A program made the translations under genes and the position numbers. The notes under the pieces are model-generated. The model saw only the letters and a program-made list of their open reading frames with translations, was not told the origin of the DNA and did no database searches. A stretch of DNA of 64,000 nucleotides from Myxococcales bacterium SG8_38 (GTDB taxonomy: Bacteria > Myxococcota_A > Polyangia > Polyangiales > Houyiibacteriaceae), in NCBI GenBank assembly GCA_001303415.1, contig LJTN01000006.1:19759-83758 (forward strand). Direction: 5' to 3'. Within the stretch, counting starts at the first letter, position 1. Every line of letters starts with the position of its first letter. Shown one piece after another: positions 30,020-40,687 of the stretch.

Positions 30020-31156
30020 ATGGAGCTCTCGATCGAAAAGCAGCAGTTCCTGCGTGGCCTCGCACGAACGCACGGAGTCGCTGATCGCAAAAGCTCGATG
30101 CACATCCTATCCAACGTATTGCTCACGGCCGAGGGGCCTGACCGTCTTCGCTTGTCCGCAACCGATTTGTATCTTGGAGTGACCGCGCTCGTCCCCGCAA
30201 GCATCAAGAAGGGGGGCAGCATCGCCGTGTCGGCGCGGACGCTGTTCGACATTGCGAAGAACCTTCCGGACGGAGAGGTGAGCTGGAAGCTCACCGACAG
30301 CCATGCTGTCGAGCTTCGCTGTGGCAAGGTTCGCTATCGCATCCCGGCGATGCCAGGAGAGGATTTCCCGCCCTTGCCGAATCCGGGTGATGTCGACTTT
30401 GCGCATCTCGAGGCCGGGATTCTGTCGGAGCTGATCTCGCTCACCCAATACTCCATGTCTCACGATGATACGCGGCCCCATTTGGCGGGCACACTCTTCG
30501 AGGGCGATGGAAAGGTCGTTCGCATGGTCACGACCGACGGCCATCGCTTGTCGAAGGCCGAGCGCAAGGTGGGGGGCAAAGCCTCCATGATGAACTTCAG
30601 CATGCTCGTGCCGCACAAAGGGATCAGCGAGCTCAAACGTCTCCTCGACGACGTGAAGGCAGCGAAAGGCAAGGGCGAGGAGCCGGTGACGATCGGTATC
30701 GGAACCTCCGGGGGGCATGCGTTCTTCAGACAAGAAGACCTATGCCTCAGCGTGAAGCTCGCGGACGAAAACTTTCCGCCGTACAGCAAGGTCATCCCGA
30801 GCAAGCAGAGCCGCCGAATCATCGCGGCGCGCGGGCCATTGGTCGAAGCGCTTCGGCGAATCAGCCTGGTGGCGAACGACAAGAGCGGCGGCGTCCAGCT
30901 CATGATCGAGCCCGGAATGCTGCGAATCCAGAGCCAGAATCCCGAGGTGGGCGAGGGCAGCGAAGAGGTCGACGTCGACTACGCTGGAGACGGCCTGCGG
31001 ATCGGTTTCAACGCCAGGTACTTGCTCGATGCGTTGAGCGCGCTGCCCCATGACGAGGTGGCGATCGAGCTCAGCGGGGAGCGTGACCCTGGGGTGATCA
31101 AGCCGATCGGAGACAATGCGGAGTTCATCGGCGTCATCATGCCCATGCGCATCTAG
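30020..31156 (+). CDS. dnaN: DNA polymerase III beta sliding clamp
   Basis: Position after dnaA, three-domain clamp length (378 aa), and a C-terminal 'IGVIMPMRI'-type end. Confidence 0.93.
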   Translation: MELSIEKQQFLRGLARTHGVADRKSSMHILSNVLLTAEGPDRLRLSATDLYLGVTALVPASIKKGGSIAVSARTLFDIAKNLPDGEVSWKLTDSHAVELRCGKVRYRIPAMPGEDFPPLPNPGDVDFAHLEAGILSELISLTQYSMSHDDTRPHLAGTLFEGDGKVVRMVTTDGHRLSKAERKVGGKASMMNFSMLVPHKGISELKRLLDDVKAAKGKGEEPVTIGIGTSGGHAFFRQEDLCLSVKLADENFPPYSKVIPSKQSRRIIAARGPLVEALRRISLVANDKSGGVQLMIEPGMLRIQSQNPEVGEGSEEVDVDYAGDGLRIGFNARYLLDALSALPHDEVAIELSGERDPGVIKPIGDNAEFIGVIMPMRI

Positions 31157-31165
31157 GGCCAGGCG

Positions 31166-32275
31166 TTGACGTCGGAGAGCCCCAGCCGGGTCACCACGCT
31201 CGTCGCGCGCGGATTTCGCAATCTCGAGTCGTTGAGGTTCGCGCCGGGTCCTCACTTCAACGTGATCCACGGGGACAACGGAGCGGGCAAGTCGAGCCTG
31301 CTCGAGGCGATCTACTATCTCGGCGCGCTCAAGAGCTTTCGCGGCGCAAAGACGGACGACGTCATCGCGCTAGGGTCCGAGCAGGCCTCTCTCGAGGCGA
31401 CGCTCGGGGGAGGTCCCGCTCCCCACAAGCTGCGAATCGAAATCGGTCGCTCGCAGCGGCGGAGGCTGCAGCTCGATGGCAAGCGGCCTCGTTCGACCGG
31501 CGCCTGGTATCAAGCCGTCCGGATGGTGTTGTTCCATCCTGGAGACCTGGTGCTCGCCGCGGGCGCGGCGGACAAACGACGGGCCTTCGTCGACCGCATG
31601 CTCGAGCAGATGGACCCGATCTACGCCAATACGCTCGCGAGCTACGAGAAGGCGCTGCGAAGCCGCAACCGCTTGCTCAAGGACGGCCCGAGCGATCGGC
31701 GGTCGATCCGGGCCTACGATGCGATCCTCGCGAAGACCGGGGCGGTGGTCGGACAGGCCCGCCAGCGCTTGATCGAGGATCTCGGACCGAGGGTCGTCCG
31801 GGCGTTCTCGGACGTGTTTGGAGGCGAGACGCCGCTCGCGGTTCGGTACTTGCCGCGCGTCGAGCCCTCGGAGGCTGCAATCGTCGAAGCGCTCGAGCGT
31901 TCGTTCGAAAAAGATCGTGCCCGTGGCTTTACGGCCGATGGTCCGCACGGTGATGATGTGGAGCTGCGGCTGCATGGCGTTGGAGCGCGGCACCACGGCT
32001 CCCAGGGCCAGCACCGGACCATCGTCCTCGCCCTCAAGACAGCGGAGCTCGATTTGTTAGCGGAGAGGACGGGCCGGGTGCCCATCTTGTTGCTGGACGA
32101 CGTTTCGAGCGAGCTCGACCGAAGCCGAAACCGAAGGTTTTTCGAAGTGTTGAGCCAAGCGGGCGGCCAGGTGTTTCTGACGACGACCCACCCCGAGTTC
32201 ATACTGCTCGAGGATGATCGGGTCGACTTTCACGTCGACGGCGGGCGCGTCACTCGAGGATCTTGGCGCTCTTGA
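31166..32275 (+). CDS. recF: DNA replication/repair protein RecF
   Basis: TTG start. Walker A 'GDNGAGKSSLLEAI', signature 'GSQGQHRT' and Walker B 'ILLLDDVSSELD'. Confidence 0.92.
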   Translation: MTSESPSRVTTLVARGFRNLESLRFAPGPHFNVIHGDNGAGKSSLLEAIYYLGALKSFRGAKTDDVIALGSEQASLEATLGGGPAPHKLRIEIGRSQRRRLQLDGKRPRSTGAWYQAVRMVLFHPGDLVLAAGAADKRRAFVDRMLEQMDPIYANTLASYEKALRSRNRLLKDGPSDRRSIRAYDAILAKTGAVVGQARQRLIEDLGPRVVRAFSDVFGGETPLAVRYLPRVEPSEAAIVEALERSFEKDRARGFTADGPHGDDVELRLHGVGARHHGSQGQHRTIVLALKTAELDLLAERTGRVPILLLDDVSSELDRSRNRRFFEVLSQAGGQVFLTTTHPEFILLEDDRVDFHVDGGRVTRGSWRS

Positions 32276-32921
32276 TGTAGTCGAGCTTCGGAAAGCTCTC
32301 TCGGAGGTACGTGTTGCCTTGCGACTGAATCAGGGGCTGCGATGGACCGCGGCCACGGGGCGCCCCTTCGCCGTACCCGTCATAGAGCGCGTCGACCGGC
32401 GCCATGTCCTGAACCTTGCCAAACGGGGCAAAGCCCATGTCGTCGAGCCGCGAGTTGTCGGCGAAGTTGATGAAGAACTGCGTCGTGCGCGAGTCCGGAC
32501 CGGAGGTGGCGAACGTGACGGTGCCACGGGTATTGCTCGCCTTCACCGGATCGTCGGGGATGGTCTTTTGGCGCCACTGCGCGTTGAGCGCAGGGTCGCC
32601 GCTGATGCCTACCTGCGCCATGAAGCCGCCGATCACCCGGAAGAAGGCGACGTCGGTAAAGTAGCCGTTTTGCACCAGCTCGTAGAATCGATCGGCGCCA
32701 TGGGGCGCCCATTCACGGTGGACGTCGATCACGATCGCGCCTTTCGTGGTGTCGAGCTCGACGGTGTACCGGTCGGGCGCGCGGGTCTTGCCTTCGCTCA
32801 CCTGCTCCTCCTGCGTCGGAGCGGAGCCTTGCTCGGCTCCACTCTTGGTTTGTGCTTCTTCACTCTTGGGACATCCGACGAGGAATGCCCCGGCCAACAT
32901 GAAAACGGCTGTCGTGCGCAT
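32250..32921 (-). CDS. Cyclophilin-type peptidyl-prolyl cis-trans isomerase, lipoprotein
   Basis: Lipobox 'FLVGC'. 'FFRVIGGFMAQ' and 'GTVTFATSGPDSRTTQFFIN' cyclophilin blocks. The 3' end overlaps recF by 26 nt (convergent). Confidence 0.88.
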   Translation of the reverse strand: MRTTAVFMLAGAFLVGCPKSEEAQTKSGAEQGSAPTQEEQVSEGKTRAPDRYTVELDTTKGAIVIDVHREWAPHGADRFYELVQNGYFTDVAFFRVIGGFMAQVGISGDPALNAQWRQKTIPDDPVKASNTRGTVTFATSGPDSRTTQFFINFADNSRLDDMGFAPFGKVQDMAPVDALYDGYGEGAPRGRGPSQPLIQSQGNTYLRESFPKLDYIKSAKILE

Positions 32922-32961
32922 GGCGTACCTTGGCAAGGTGGGCCGCAGGCGCAAGCAACCG

Positions 32962-34056
32962 TCACGATTCGAAGAGACCCCGCAGCTTCTGCAGAAAGCT
33001 CGCCTGTTGGGGATGGGCATCGTCGCCGATCTCTTGTGCGAGCTCGGTGATCAATTTTCGCTGACGCCGAGTCACTTGCTGCGGTACCTCGACTACGACC
33101 GTGACCAGCTGATCGCCCTTGCCGTAGCCGCCATAGACCGGAATCCCCTTGCCGCGCAGCCGAAACATTTTTCCGGACTGGGTTCCGGGCGGCACCTTCA
33201 TGATTACCTTCCCCTCGAGCGTGGGGACGTCGATGCTGGCCCCGAGGACGGCCTGGGGATAGGAAATCGGAATCGATATCAAGATGTCGGCGCCTTCGCG
33301 CGTGAATAAGGCGTGGTCCTTGACCTTGATGTTGATGTGTAGGTCACCGTTGCCGCTCGCGCTGGCTTCTCCTGCGCCACGCACCGTACGAACCGCGCCG
33401 TCTTGCACGCCTGCAGGGATCTTCACCGTCATCGACTCTGCGCGCAGCTTGCTCCCGCTGCCATTGCAGTCGTCGCATGGCGTGGGGATCTTGGTGCCCG
33501 TGCCACGGCACGCATGGCATGGGCGCGAGGCGGCGAAGAGACCGCGCTGGTATTTTACCTGTCCCCGGCCCTGACAGACGTTGCACTTGTGGACTGGGGT
33601 GCCTGGCTTCGCACCCGTGCCACCACAGGTTGCGCATGGGGCGGGCCGATTCACGTCGATTGTCTTTTCGGTGCCGAGGGCGGCCTCTACGAACGAGATC
33701 TCCAAGTCGTAGGTGAGATCACGAGCTGCCCGGCGCTTGCGCCGGCTGCCGCTGAAGACCTCGCCAAACAATCCCTCCAGAATTTCGCTGACCGCGCCGA
33801 AGTCGCCCGGCTCGAAGCCGGTGCCTCCGCCTTGGAACGCCGCGTGCCCGTACCGATCGTACTGCGCGCGTCTGCCCGGATCGCTCAGGACCGCGTACGC
33901 TTCACTGGCCTCTTTGAACAAATCCTCGGCAGTGGGGTCGTCCGGATTCCGGTCCGGGTGGTACCTCATCGCAAGCGCACGATACGCTTGCTTGATCTCC
34001 TCGGCCGATGCGGCGCGGCTGACTTGGAGTATCACGTAGTAGTCACGCTTGCTCAC
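32962..34056 (-). CDS. dnaJ: Molecular chaperone DnaJ (type I, with CxxCxGxG zinc-finger domain)
   Basis: J domain 'DYYVILQV...HPDRNP', four CxxCxGxG repeats and a C-terminal substrate-binding domain. Confidence 0.93.
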   Translation of the reverse strand: MSKRDYYVILQVSRAASAEEIKQAYRALAMRYHPDRNPDDPTAEDLFKEASEAYAVLSDPGRRAQYDRYGHAAFQGGGTGFEPGDFGAVSEILEGLFGEVFSGSRRKRRAARDLTYDLEISFVEAALGTEKTIDVNRPAPCATCGGTGAKPGTPVHKCNVCQGRGQVKYQRGLFAASRPCHACRGTGTKIPTPCDDCNGSGSKLRAESMTVKIPAGVQDGAVRTVRGAGEASASGNGDLHINIKVKDHALFTREGADILISIPISYPQAVLGASIDVPTLEGKVIMKVPPGTQSGKMFRLRGKGIPVYGGYGKGDQLVTVVVEVPQQVTRRQRKLITELAQEIGDDAHPQQASFLQKLRGLFES

Positions 34057-34135
34057 GGATTTGCGGCAGTGTAGACGGGCCGTCTACCGGCGCAACAGCA
34101 TGGTAGAGAACCCAAGACTATGCGAGGGAACTGAG

Positions 34136-35059
34136 ATGGCAGCCTTCGAGCTCGAGGTCCAAGAGAGTGACGCCGGGCAGCGGCTCGACGTGATCCTGGC
34201 CCGTCGTGTGCCGGGGCTCAGCCGGGCGCGGGCTCGCGCGCTCATCGAGTCGGGCGGGGCTCGGGTTGAGGGGAGGCTGGTGAGGAAGAGCCACGTGTTG
34301 AGCGAGGGCGACCGGGTCACGCTCGAGACGCTGCCCGGGCCGGCCGATTTCTACGCCACGCCCGATCCCGACGTCCCGCTCGTGGTGCTGCTCGAGACCG
34401 AGACCTTCGTAGTGGTCGACAAGCCGGCAGGGGTGCCGAGCCACCCGCTCGAAGAAGGGGAGCGTGGGACGCTCGCGGGCGCGCTGGTGGCGCGCTATCC
34501 GGAGATCCGCGAGGTCGGCTACCGCAGACGCGAGCCAGGAATCGTGCACCGGCTCGACACGGGCACATCGGGCGTGATGCTCGCAGCGCGCACAGCCGAC
34601 GCGTTTCGGACATTGCGTGAGGAGCTGCGCGCAGGAAGAATCGAGAAGCGCTACCTGGCGCGTTGCATGGGCGTCGTCACCGCACCGTCGGTCATCGATG
34701 CTCCGATCGCAAACGATCCCGGTGACAGCCGCAAAGTGCGGGTGTGCACCGACGCACGGGCGGCCGAACGTCTAGGCGCGCAACCGGCGCGAACGGAAGT
34801 GATCAGCAGCAAGCCCGCGCCGCACGGCTCGCTCGTCGAAGTTCGCGCCAACTACGCGCGTCGCCACCAAATCCGCGCCCACCTCGCCTCGATCGGTCAT
34901 CCCCTGCTCGGAGACACCCTCTACGGCGGACCTCGCCTCGAGCACCCCGACCACCACCTCCTTCACGCTGTATCGTTGAGGACAGGGACACTCTCCATCA
35001 CCACAAGCACCTGGAATCACACTATTTCTGACCCAAAGATCGCAGCGCCCGATCATTGA
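34136..35059 (+). CDS. rluD: RluA-family 23S rRNA pseudouridine synthase (RluD-like, with S4 domain)
   Basis: S4-like N-terminus, catalytic '[12 protein letters not shown]', and '[17 protein letters not shown]'. Confidence 0.85.
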   Translation: MAAFELEVQESDAGQRLDVILARRVPGLSRARARALIESGGARVEGRLVRKSHVLSEGDRVTLETLPGPADFYATPDPDVPLVVLLETETFVVVDKPAGVPSHPLEEGERGTLAGALVARYPEIREVGYRRREPGIVHRLDTGTSGVMLAARTADAFRTLREELRAGRIEKRYLARCMGVVTAPSVIDAPIANDPGDSRKVRVCTDARAAERLGAQPARTEVISSKPAPHGSLVEVRANYARRHQIRAHLASIGHPLLGDTLYGGPRLEHPDHHLLHAVSLRTGTLSITTSTWNHTISDPKIAAPDH

Positions 35060-37074
35060 GGTTTTCTACGGCTCCGACCGCGACGCCACGCAGCATGACC
35101 AGACGAGTCGTTGCGATCTTTGCCTGGGGTCTGGCGTGATTTCGCGGAGTTGAGTCGGTGGAGAGTGTCCCGGAGCTGGGCGGCTTTTTCGAAGTCGAGT
35201 TGCTCGGCGGCGAGGAGCATCTCGCTTCGAAGCTCCTCGATGCGAGACGGGATGTCGGCGAGCTCGCTCGCCGCTTCGGACTTCTTGAGCACCGGGATCA
35301 CCACGTAGTCGCCTGCGCCGGTGGATCGATCCATTTCGAGCACGGCCTTCTTTACCGTTTGCGGCGTGATCCCGTGCGCGTCGTTGTATTGCTTCTGCCG
35401 CTCTCTGCGACGCTCGGTCTCCTCGATCGCAAAGCGCATCGCTTCGGTGATTCGATCGGCATACATGATCACCTCGCCGCCCGCGTTTCGCGCGGCGCGG
35501 CCAATCGTCTGAATGAGCGATCGGGGCGAACGAAGGAAGCCTTCTTTGTCTGCGTCGAGAATCCCCACCAGCGATACTTCGGGCAGATCGAGCCCCTCGC
35601 GCAACAGATTGATGCCGACGAGGATGTCGAACTCGCCACGCCGCAAATCCCTAAGAATTTCAACACGTTCTAGCGTGTCAACGTCGCTGTGCAGGTACCG
35701 CACGCGAACGCCGAGCTCGGCGTAATACTCCGTCAGGTCCTCCGCCATTCGCTTCGTCAGCGTGGTGATGAGCACACGCTCGTCCCGCCCCACACGCACA
35801 CGAATCTCGTTCAACAGATCATCGACCTGATGCTTGGTTGGCCGCACGTGCACTTTGGGATCGAGCAAACCGGTAGGACGGATCACCTGCTCGACGATCA
35901 CGCCGCGAGCCTGCTCGATCTCCCAATCCCCCGGGGTCGCGCTAACGTGAATGACTTGGCCGACGCGTTCCTGCCACTCGGAGAAACGCAGAGGACGATT
36001 GTCGAGCGCGCTAGGCAACCGGAACCCGTGCTCGACGAGCGTCTCCTTGCGGGCGCGATCGCCGCGATACATCGCGCCTAGCTGAGGCACCGTGATGTGC
36101 GACTCGTCCAACACCACCAAGAAGTCGTCGGGGAAGTAGTCGAGCAGAGTGGGCGGCGGCTCCCCTTCTTCTCGACCGGACAAATGCCGGCTGTAGTTTT
36201 CGATGCCGTGGCAGAAGCCCATTTGCTCGAGCATTTCGAGGTCGTACATCGTCCTTTGCTCGAGACGCTGTTTTTCCAGCAATTTTCCTTGAGATTCGAG
36301 CTTCGGCAGCCATTCACGAAGCTCCTCCCGAATCGACTCGATCGCGCGCTTTCGGTGCTCGTCCGGGGTGACGTAGTGGCTGCCTGGATAGATCCCATAC
36401 TGCTCGAGCTCTTCGAGCACCTTTCCTCTCATGGGATCGATCTCCACGATTCGCTCGATCTCGTCTCCCCAGAATTCGATCCGCACTGCGAGGTTCTCCG
36501 AGTGCGCCGGAAAGATTTCGACTACGTCGCCGCGAACGCGAAACGTGCCGCGATGAAAGTCGATGTCGTTGCGCTGGTACTGAATGTCCACGAGGCGCCG
36601 CAATAGACGATCGCGTCGGTACTCCTGCCCCACTTCGAGATTGATCAGCATCTCCTGATACCACTCCGAAGATCCGATGCCGTAGATGCACGACACGCTG
36701 GCGACGATGATCACGTCGCGTCTGGCGAGCAGCGAGCGCGTCGCGCTGTGGCGCATGCGGTCGACCTTGTCGTTGATGATGGCGTCCTTCTCGATGTACG
36801 TGTCGCTCGAGTACTCGACCGCGTTGTTCGGAAAGAGCTCGCGCATCTCTCCGTATAGCTGGGCGGCCAGCGTCTTGTTGGGTGCGATGATCAACGTGGG
36901 CCGCTTGCTGGCTGCGATGACGTGGGCCACGGTGAAAGTCTTCCCGCTTCCGGTGATGCCGAGGAGAACCTGGTGCGGGTCACCGCGCTCGAGGCCTTCC
37001 AAAAGCTCCGTAATTGCTGCGGGCTGATCGCCTTTTGGCTCCAGTTCCGTGACGAGCTCCAGCTGTCGGGCCAT
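35053..37074 (-). CDS. uvrB: Excinuclease ABC subunit B (UvrB), lacking about 15 residues of the beta-hairpin
   Basis: Collinear with remembered E. coli UvrB along its whole length ('GITGSGKTF', 'DESH', 'INLLREGLD', C-terminal UVR 'FEKAAQLRD'). The exception is '...NAVEY|[10 protein letters not shown]...', where '[15 protein letters not shown]' is expected. Confidence 0.9.
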   Translation of the reverse strand: MARQLELVTELEPKGDQPAAITELLEGLERGDPHQVLLGITGSGKTFTVAHVIAASKRPTLIIAPNKTLAAQLYGEMRELFPNNAVEYSSDTYIEKDAIINDKVDRMRHSATRSLLARRDVIIVASVSCIYGIGSSEWYQEMLINLEVGQEYRRDRLLRRLVDIQYQRNDIDFHRGTFRVRGDVVEIFPAHSENLAVRIEFWGDEIERIVEIDPMRGKVLEELEQYGIYPGSHYVTPDEHRKRAIESIREELREWLPKLESQGKLLEKQRLEQRTMYDLEMLEQMGFCHGIENYSRHLSGREEGEPPPTLLDYFPDDFLVVLDESHITVPQLGAMYRGDRARKETLVEHGFRLPSALDNRPLRFSEWQERVGQVIHVSATPGDWEIEQARGVIVEQVIRPTGLLDPKVHVRPTKHQVDDLLNEIRVRVGRDERVLITTLTKRMAEDLTEYYAELGVRVRYLHSDVDTLERVEILRDLRRGEFDILVGINLLREGLDLPEVSLVGILDADKEGFLRSPRSLIQTIGRAARNAGGEVIMYADRITEAMRFAIEETERRRERQKQYNDAHGITPQTVKKAVLEMDRSTGAGDYVVIPVLKKSEAASELADIPSRIEELRSEMLLAAEQLDFEKAAQLRDTLHRLNSAKSRQTPGKDRNDSSGHAAWRRGRSRRKPQ

Positions 37075-37121
37075 CGAGCAAGGTTAGCTTGAAAAAGCAA
37101 AGAGTCCCTCTAAGGAGGGGG

Positions 37122-37835
37122 ATGGACCTCGCTCGGCTCTGGGATGTCACGACCGCGACTGCCGGCAGCGCAGCGCGCCCGAACTTCGGTAACCGCCACC
37201 ACCCGCGTCTCAAGGTCCCCGAGAGACCGCTGGAGCTCTACGAATTCGAGCTGTGCCCCTACTGCCGAATCGCCCGGGAGGCCCTTTCGGCGTTGAGCCT
37301 CGATCCCGTGATTTTCCCGTGTCCGAAGGGCGGCACCCGATTCCGGCTGCGAGTCAAAGCAGATGGCGGCCGCTTGCTGTTCCCGTTCTTGCGGGACCCC
37401 AACACGGGTATCGCGATGTACGAGTCGGCAGACATCGCGGCGTATCTGTTTCGCGAGTACGGCGACGGGCACGTTCCTTGGTTCTTGCGACGACGCGCCT
37501 TCGCCGTGTCAACGTCGATGCTCTCCTCCGCCCTGAGGCCGCATCGAGGAGGTTACGCGGTTCAGTCGCGTCTTCCCGAGCAGCTATTGGTGCTCTACTC
37601 CTACGAGGGCTCACCCTTTTGCCGAATCGCGAGAGAAGCGCTGTGCGAGCTCGAGCTTCCCTATCAGCTACGAAACGTTCCGCGAGGAAGCCCCGATCGC
37701 CCCGGTTTCGTCGCGATCTCCGGCAAGATGCAGGTCCCTTACCTGGTGGATTCGAATACCGGCGTGCAGATGTTCGAATCGGACGAGATCCGGCGCTACC
37801 TCTACGATACGTACGCAGAGGAGCGCGCACGGTAG
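37122..37835 (+). CDS. Tandem glutaredoxin/GST-N-like thioredoxin-fold protein
   Basis: ATG at 37122 is preceded by AAGGAGG. Two repeats: 'LELYEFELCPYCRIAREAL' and 'LVLYSYEGSPFCRIAREAL'. Confidence 0.65.
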   Translation: MDLARLWDVTTATAGSAARPNFGNRHHPRLKVPERPLELYEFELCPYCRIAREALSALSLDPVIFPCPKGGTRFRLRVKADGGRLLFPFLRDPNTGIAMYESADIAAYLFREYGDGHVPWFLRRRAFAVSTSMLSSALRPHRGGYAVQSRLPEQLLVLYSYEGSPFCRIAREALCELELPYQLRNVPRGSPDRPGFVAISGKMQVPYLVDSNTGVQMFESDEIRRYLYDTYAEERAR

Positions 37836-37864
37836 AGCCCCGAAGAGCACGATTCTACCGCTCC

Positions 37865-38953
37865 TCAGCCGTTCTTCTTGGCGAACGCACGGGCGAGCTC
37901 CACGAACTTTTCGACGTCGGCGGGCTCCGTGGCGTTGTAGATCGACGTGCGGATGCCGCCGACCGAACGATGTCCCTTGATGCCTACCATGCCGGCGGCA
38001 GCGGCCTCGGCGATGAGCTTCTTTTCGAGCTCCTCGGTGGGAAGCCGGAACACCGGGGTCATCATGGAGCGCGACTCCACTTCGACCGGGCATCGGAAGA
38101 AATCAGGGTTTTCGTCGATCATGCCGTAGATGGCGCCGGCCTTCTGCCGGTTGCGCTTCTCCATGGCTGCCGCACCGCCCTGCTCGCGGACCCAACGAAG
38201 CACGTTGCGAACCATGTAGACCGGAAAGGTCGGGATGGTGTTCTGCAACGAGTCGTTGTCGAGCAGCGTCTTATACCGAAAGATCTTGGGAAGTGTCTTC
38301 GGGATGCGCTCCGCCAGATCCTTGCGAAGGATCAGCACGGTAATGCCCGCAGGGCCCAGGTTCTTTTGCGCGCCCGCGTAGATGAGGCCGAACTTCGACA
38401 CGTCGATGGGACGCCACAGAATGTCGCTCGACATGTCGGCAACGAGCGGCACTTCACCGCTGTCGGGATAGTCGTGGAACTGGGTTCCCATGATCGTGTT
38501 GTTGCTTGTGAAATGCACGTATGCGGCCGTGCGATCGAGGGCGAGCTCTGACTGCCCGGGCACGCGAATGTAGTGGCCGTCGACTTTCCCGGTGCCGGCC
38601 TCGCGTGCGTCGCCCGTGATCTTCGCTTCGGAGAGCGCTTTGTCGCTCCATGCGCCGGTCATGATGTAATCCGCGGACTCGCCAGAGCCGCGGAGATTCA
38701 TTGGGACAAGCGCGAACTGCGCGGATGCGCCGCCCTGCATGAACAGCACCTCGTGCGTGTCGGGGATGTCGAGCAGCTCACGCAAGAGAGACTTGGTCTC
38801 TTCGTGGACCTTCGCGTACGTGGCACCGCGATGGCTGTGCTCGAGGAGGGACATGCCCGTGCCCTCGAAGTCGAGGAATTCTTTTTGCGCGTGCTCGAGG
38901 ACTGACAACGGAAGTGTTGCAGGCCCCGCGTTGAAATTGATTACGCGAGCCAT
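37865..38953 (-). CDS. serC: Phosphoserine aminotransferase
   Basis: 'MARVINFNAGPATLP' N-terminus, PLP-lysine block 'GAQKNLGPAG', 362 aa. Confidence 0.93.
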   Translation of the reverse strand: MARVINFNAGPATLPLSVLEHAQKEFLDFEGTGMSLLEHSHRGATYAKVHEETKSLLRELLDIPDTHEVLFMQGGASAQFALVPMNLRGSGESADYIMTGAWSDKALSEAKITGDAREAGTGKVDGHYIRVPGQSELALDRTAAYVHFTSNNTIMGTQFHDYPDSGEVPLVADMSSDILWRPIDVSKFGLIYAGAQKNLGPAGITVLILRKDLAERIPKTLPKIFRYKTLLDNDSLQNTIPTFPVYMVRNVLRWVREQGGAAAMEKRNRQKAGAIYGMIDENPDFFRCPVEVESRSMMTPVFRLPTEELEKKLIAEAAAAGMVGIKGHRSVGGIRTSIYNATEPADVEKFVELARAFAKKNG

Positions 38954-39024
38954 AGGCGCGCCAGCCTAGCCGCGCTTTGAACCCGTGCAACTCGCTGCGG
39001 CTAGGGGCGCAAACCCGAAGAAAC

Positions 39025-39100
<76 letters not shown>

Positions 39101-39230
39101 GAGGTCGGCGGTTCGTATAGCTTCGCCGCTTGCGCGTGCAACTCGAACGTACCCGAAGGGCCGCCATACCTGAAAACGCGTGCGGTGGCCTCGCTTGCCG
39201 GTAGGGCCTCCACCCCTCTACCTTGAATCC

Positions 39231-39971
39231 ATGGGACAAAGGTGGGGGATTCTGCTTTGCATCGCCGTGTGCCACGTGGCGACGCTCGGCGCGCTCCCGG
39301 TGGACGCGCAAACATCGACCGAGGACGCGGCGGCCAGGGAGTACTTCGAGCGCGGACGCACCGCATTCCAAGAGGCCGACTACGAGGGGGCGTTGGTCTA
39401 TTTCCGGCACGCGTACCGCTTGAGTCAGCGAAGCGAGCTTCAGTACAACATCGGCGTCGCAGCGGATCGACTGCAGCGAGAAGAAGAAGCGGTGGAAGCG
39501 TTCGAGCGTTACCTCGAGGAAACCGAGCAGCCGGCCCGAGAGGCGGAGGTGCGCGAGCGGATCGCCGCGCTGCGACGCTCGATCGAAGAGCGCGACGCGA
39601 CCAAACGCGCGCTCGAAGAAGCGGCCGTCCGATACGAGCCCGCAGGGCCCAAGACTGCAACTGTCGACGGCGCCCGCATCAAGACCTCGGCCATCGCAGG
39701 ATCGACCGCGCTCGCGGCGGCGGGCGCTGCGGGCGTAGCCGCTATGGGTATCGGGCTCGCGAGGGACGGATCATGCGCGCGGGAGATCGGGGGACGGTGT
39801 GTAACGGAGCATTCGTCAACGGCGTGGACATGGGTGTACGGCGGGCTCGGCGTTGCGGCTTTGGCAGGTAGCGCGGCCTGGCTATCGGTCAGCGCGAAGC
39901 GCCAAAAGAACGCGCACACGACGCGCGTCTCGATTACGCCGACCGGCGTCCGGGTCACGGGCACCTTCTGA
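39231..39971 (+). CDS. Secreted TPR-like protein with C-terminal membrane anchor (hypothetical)
   Basis: Signal peptide 'MGQRWGILLCIAVCHVATLGALPVDA', TPR-like 'AREYFERGRTAFQEADYEGALVYF', and a Gly/Ala-rich TM segment. Confidence 0.55.
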   Translation: MGQRWGILLCIAVCHVATLGALPVDAQTSTEDAAAREYFERGRTAFQEADYEGALVYFRHAYRLSQRSELQYNIGVAADRLQREEEAVEAFERYLEETEQPAREAEVRERIAALRRSIEERDATKRALEEAAVRYEPAGPKTATVDGARIKTSAIAGSTALAAAGAAGVAAMGIGLARDGSCAREIGGRCVTEHSSTAWTWVYGGLGVAALAGSAAWLSVSAKRQKNAHTTRVSITPTGVRVTGTF

Positions 39972-40012
39972 GTGAGAATCGGCGTTGATACCTTCGCAGG
40001 ATCCCAAAAGTC

Positions 40013-40687
40013 TTATATTTTCAATATGTTGAGGAGCTGCGAGGCAACGCTACCGAGCCCGGATGGGCTCTGTACCTTGGGCGCGCGGATGATCGGAATC
40101 CGGGGCAGGTAATCGGTCAGCACTTCGGCGTTGGAGCGGCGGCTCAAGTCGTCTGCGCGATCGCGCTCGACGTGATTGAGCACGATGGCGCGCACCGACA
40201 CGCTCCGTTTGCGAAGCGCCTCGACGGCGGTGAGGGTATACGAAAGCACGCCAAGCGCGTCGCGCGCCACCAAGACGGTCTGGAGATCGAGCTCCGCAGC
40301 GAGATCCGCCATCGTATGCTTGCGATCGAGCGGCACCAAGACACCGCCGGCGCCTTCGACGATGAGATAGTCCGCGCCCGCCGCGAGCTCTCGAATGCGC
40401 TTGGCAAGCGAGCGCAAGGAACCGACCGCCGGACCGCCGCGTTTCTGGATTGCGTAGGGAGCGAGAGGTTCCTTGGCCCGGTAGAGACCGGCTGCCGAGG
40501 CCAATGATTCGTCGCCGCTAGCCCGGGCCAGTGCAAGCGCATCACGGGGCTCGGGGTCTGCGCCCGTCTCGATCGGCTTGATGGCAGCCACATGCTTTCC
40601 GCGATCGAGACAAGCCGTTGCCAGCGCCGTCGCGATCCAGGTCTTGCCAACGCCCGTGCCGGTGGCAGTAACGAAAGCACCCTTCAT
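40013..40687 (-). CDS. bioD: Dethiobiotin synthase
   Basis: 'MKGAFVTATGTGVGKTW' P-loop and 'IVEGAGG'. ATGA overlap with the bioF stop. Confidence 0.88.
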   Translation of the reverse strand: MKGAFVTATGTGVGKTWIATALATACLDRGKHVAAIKPIETGADPEPRDALALARASGDESLASAAGLYRAKEPLAPYAIQKRGGPAVGSLRSLAKRIRELAAGADYLIVEGAGGVLVPLDRKHTMADLAAELDLQTVLVARDALGVLSYTLTAVEALRKRSVSVRAIVLNHVERDRADDLSRRSNAEVLTDYLPRIPIIRAPKVQSPSGLGSVASQLLNILKI

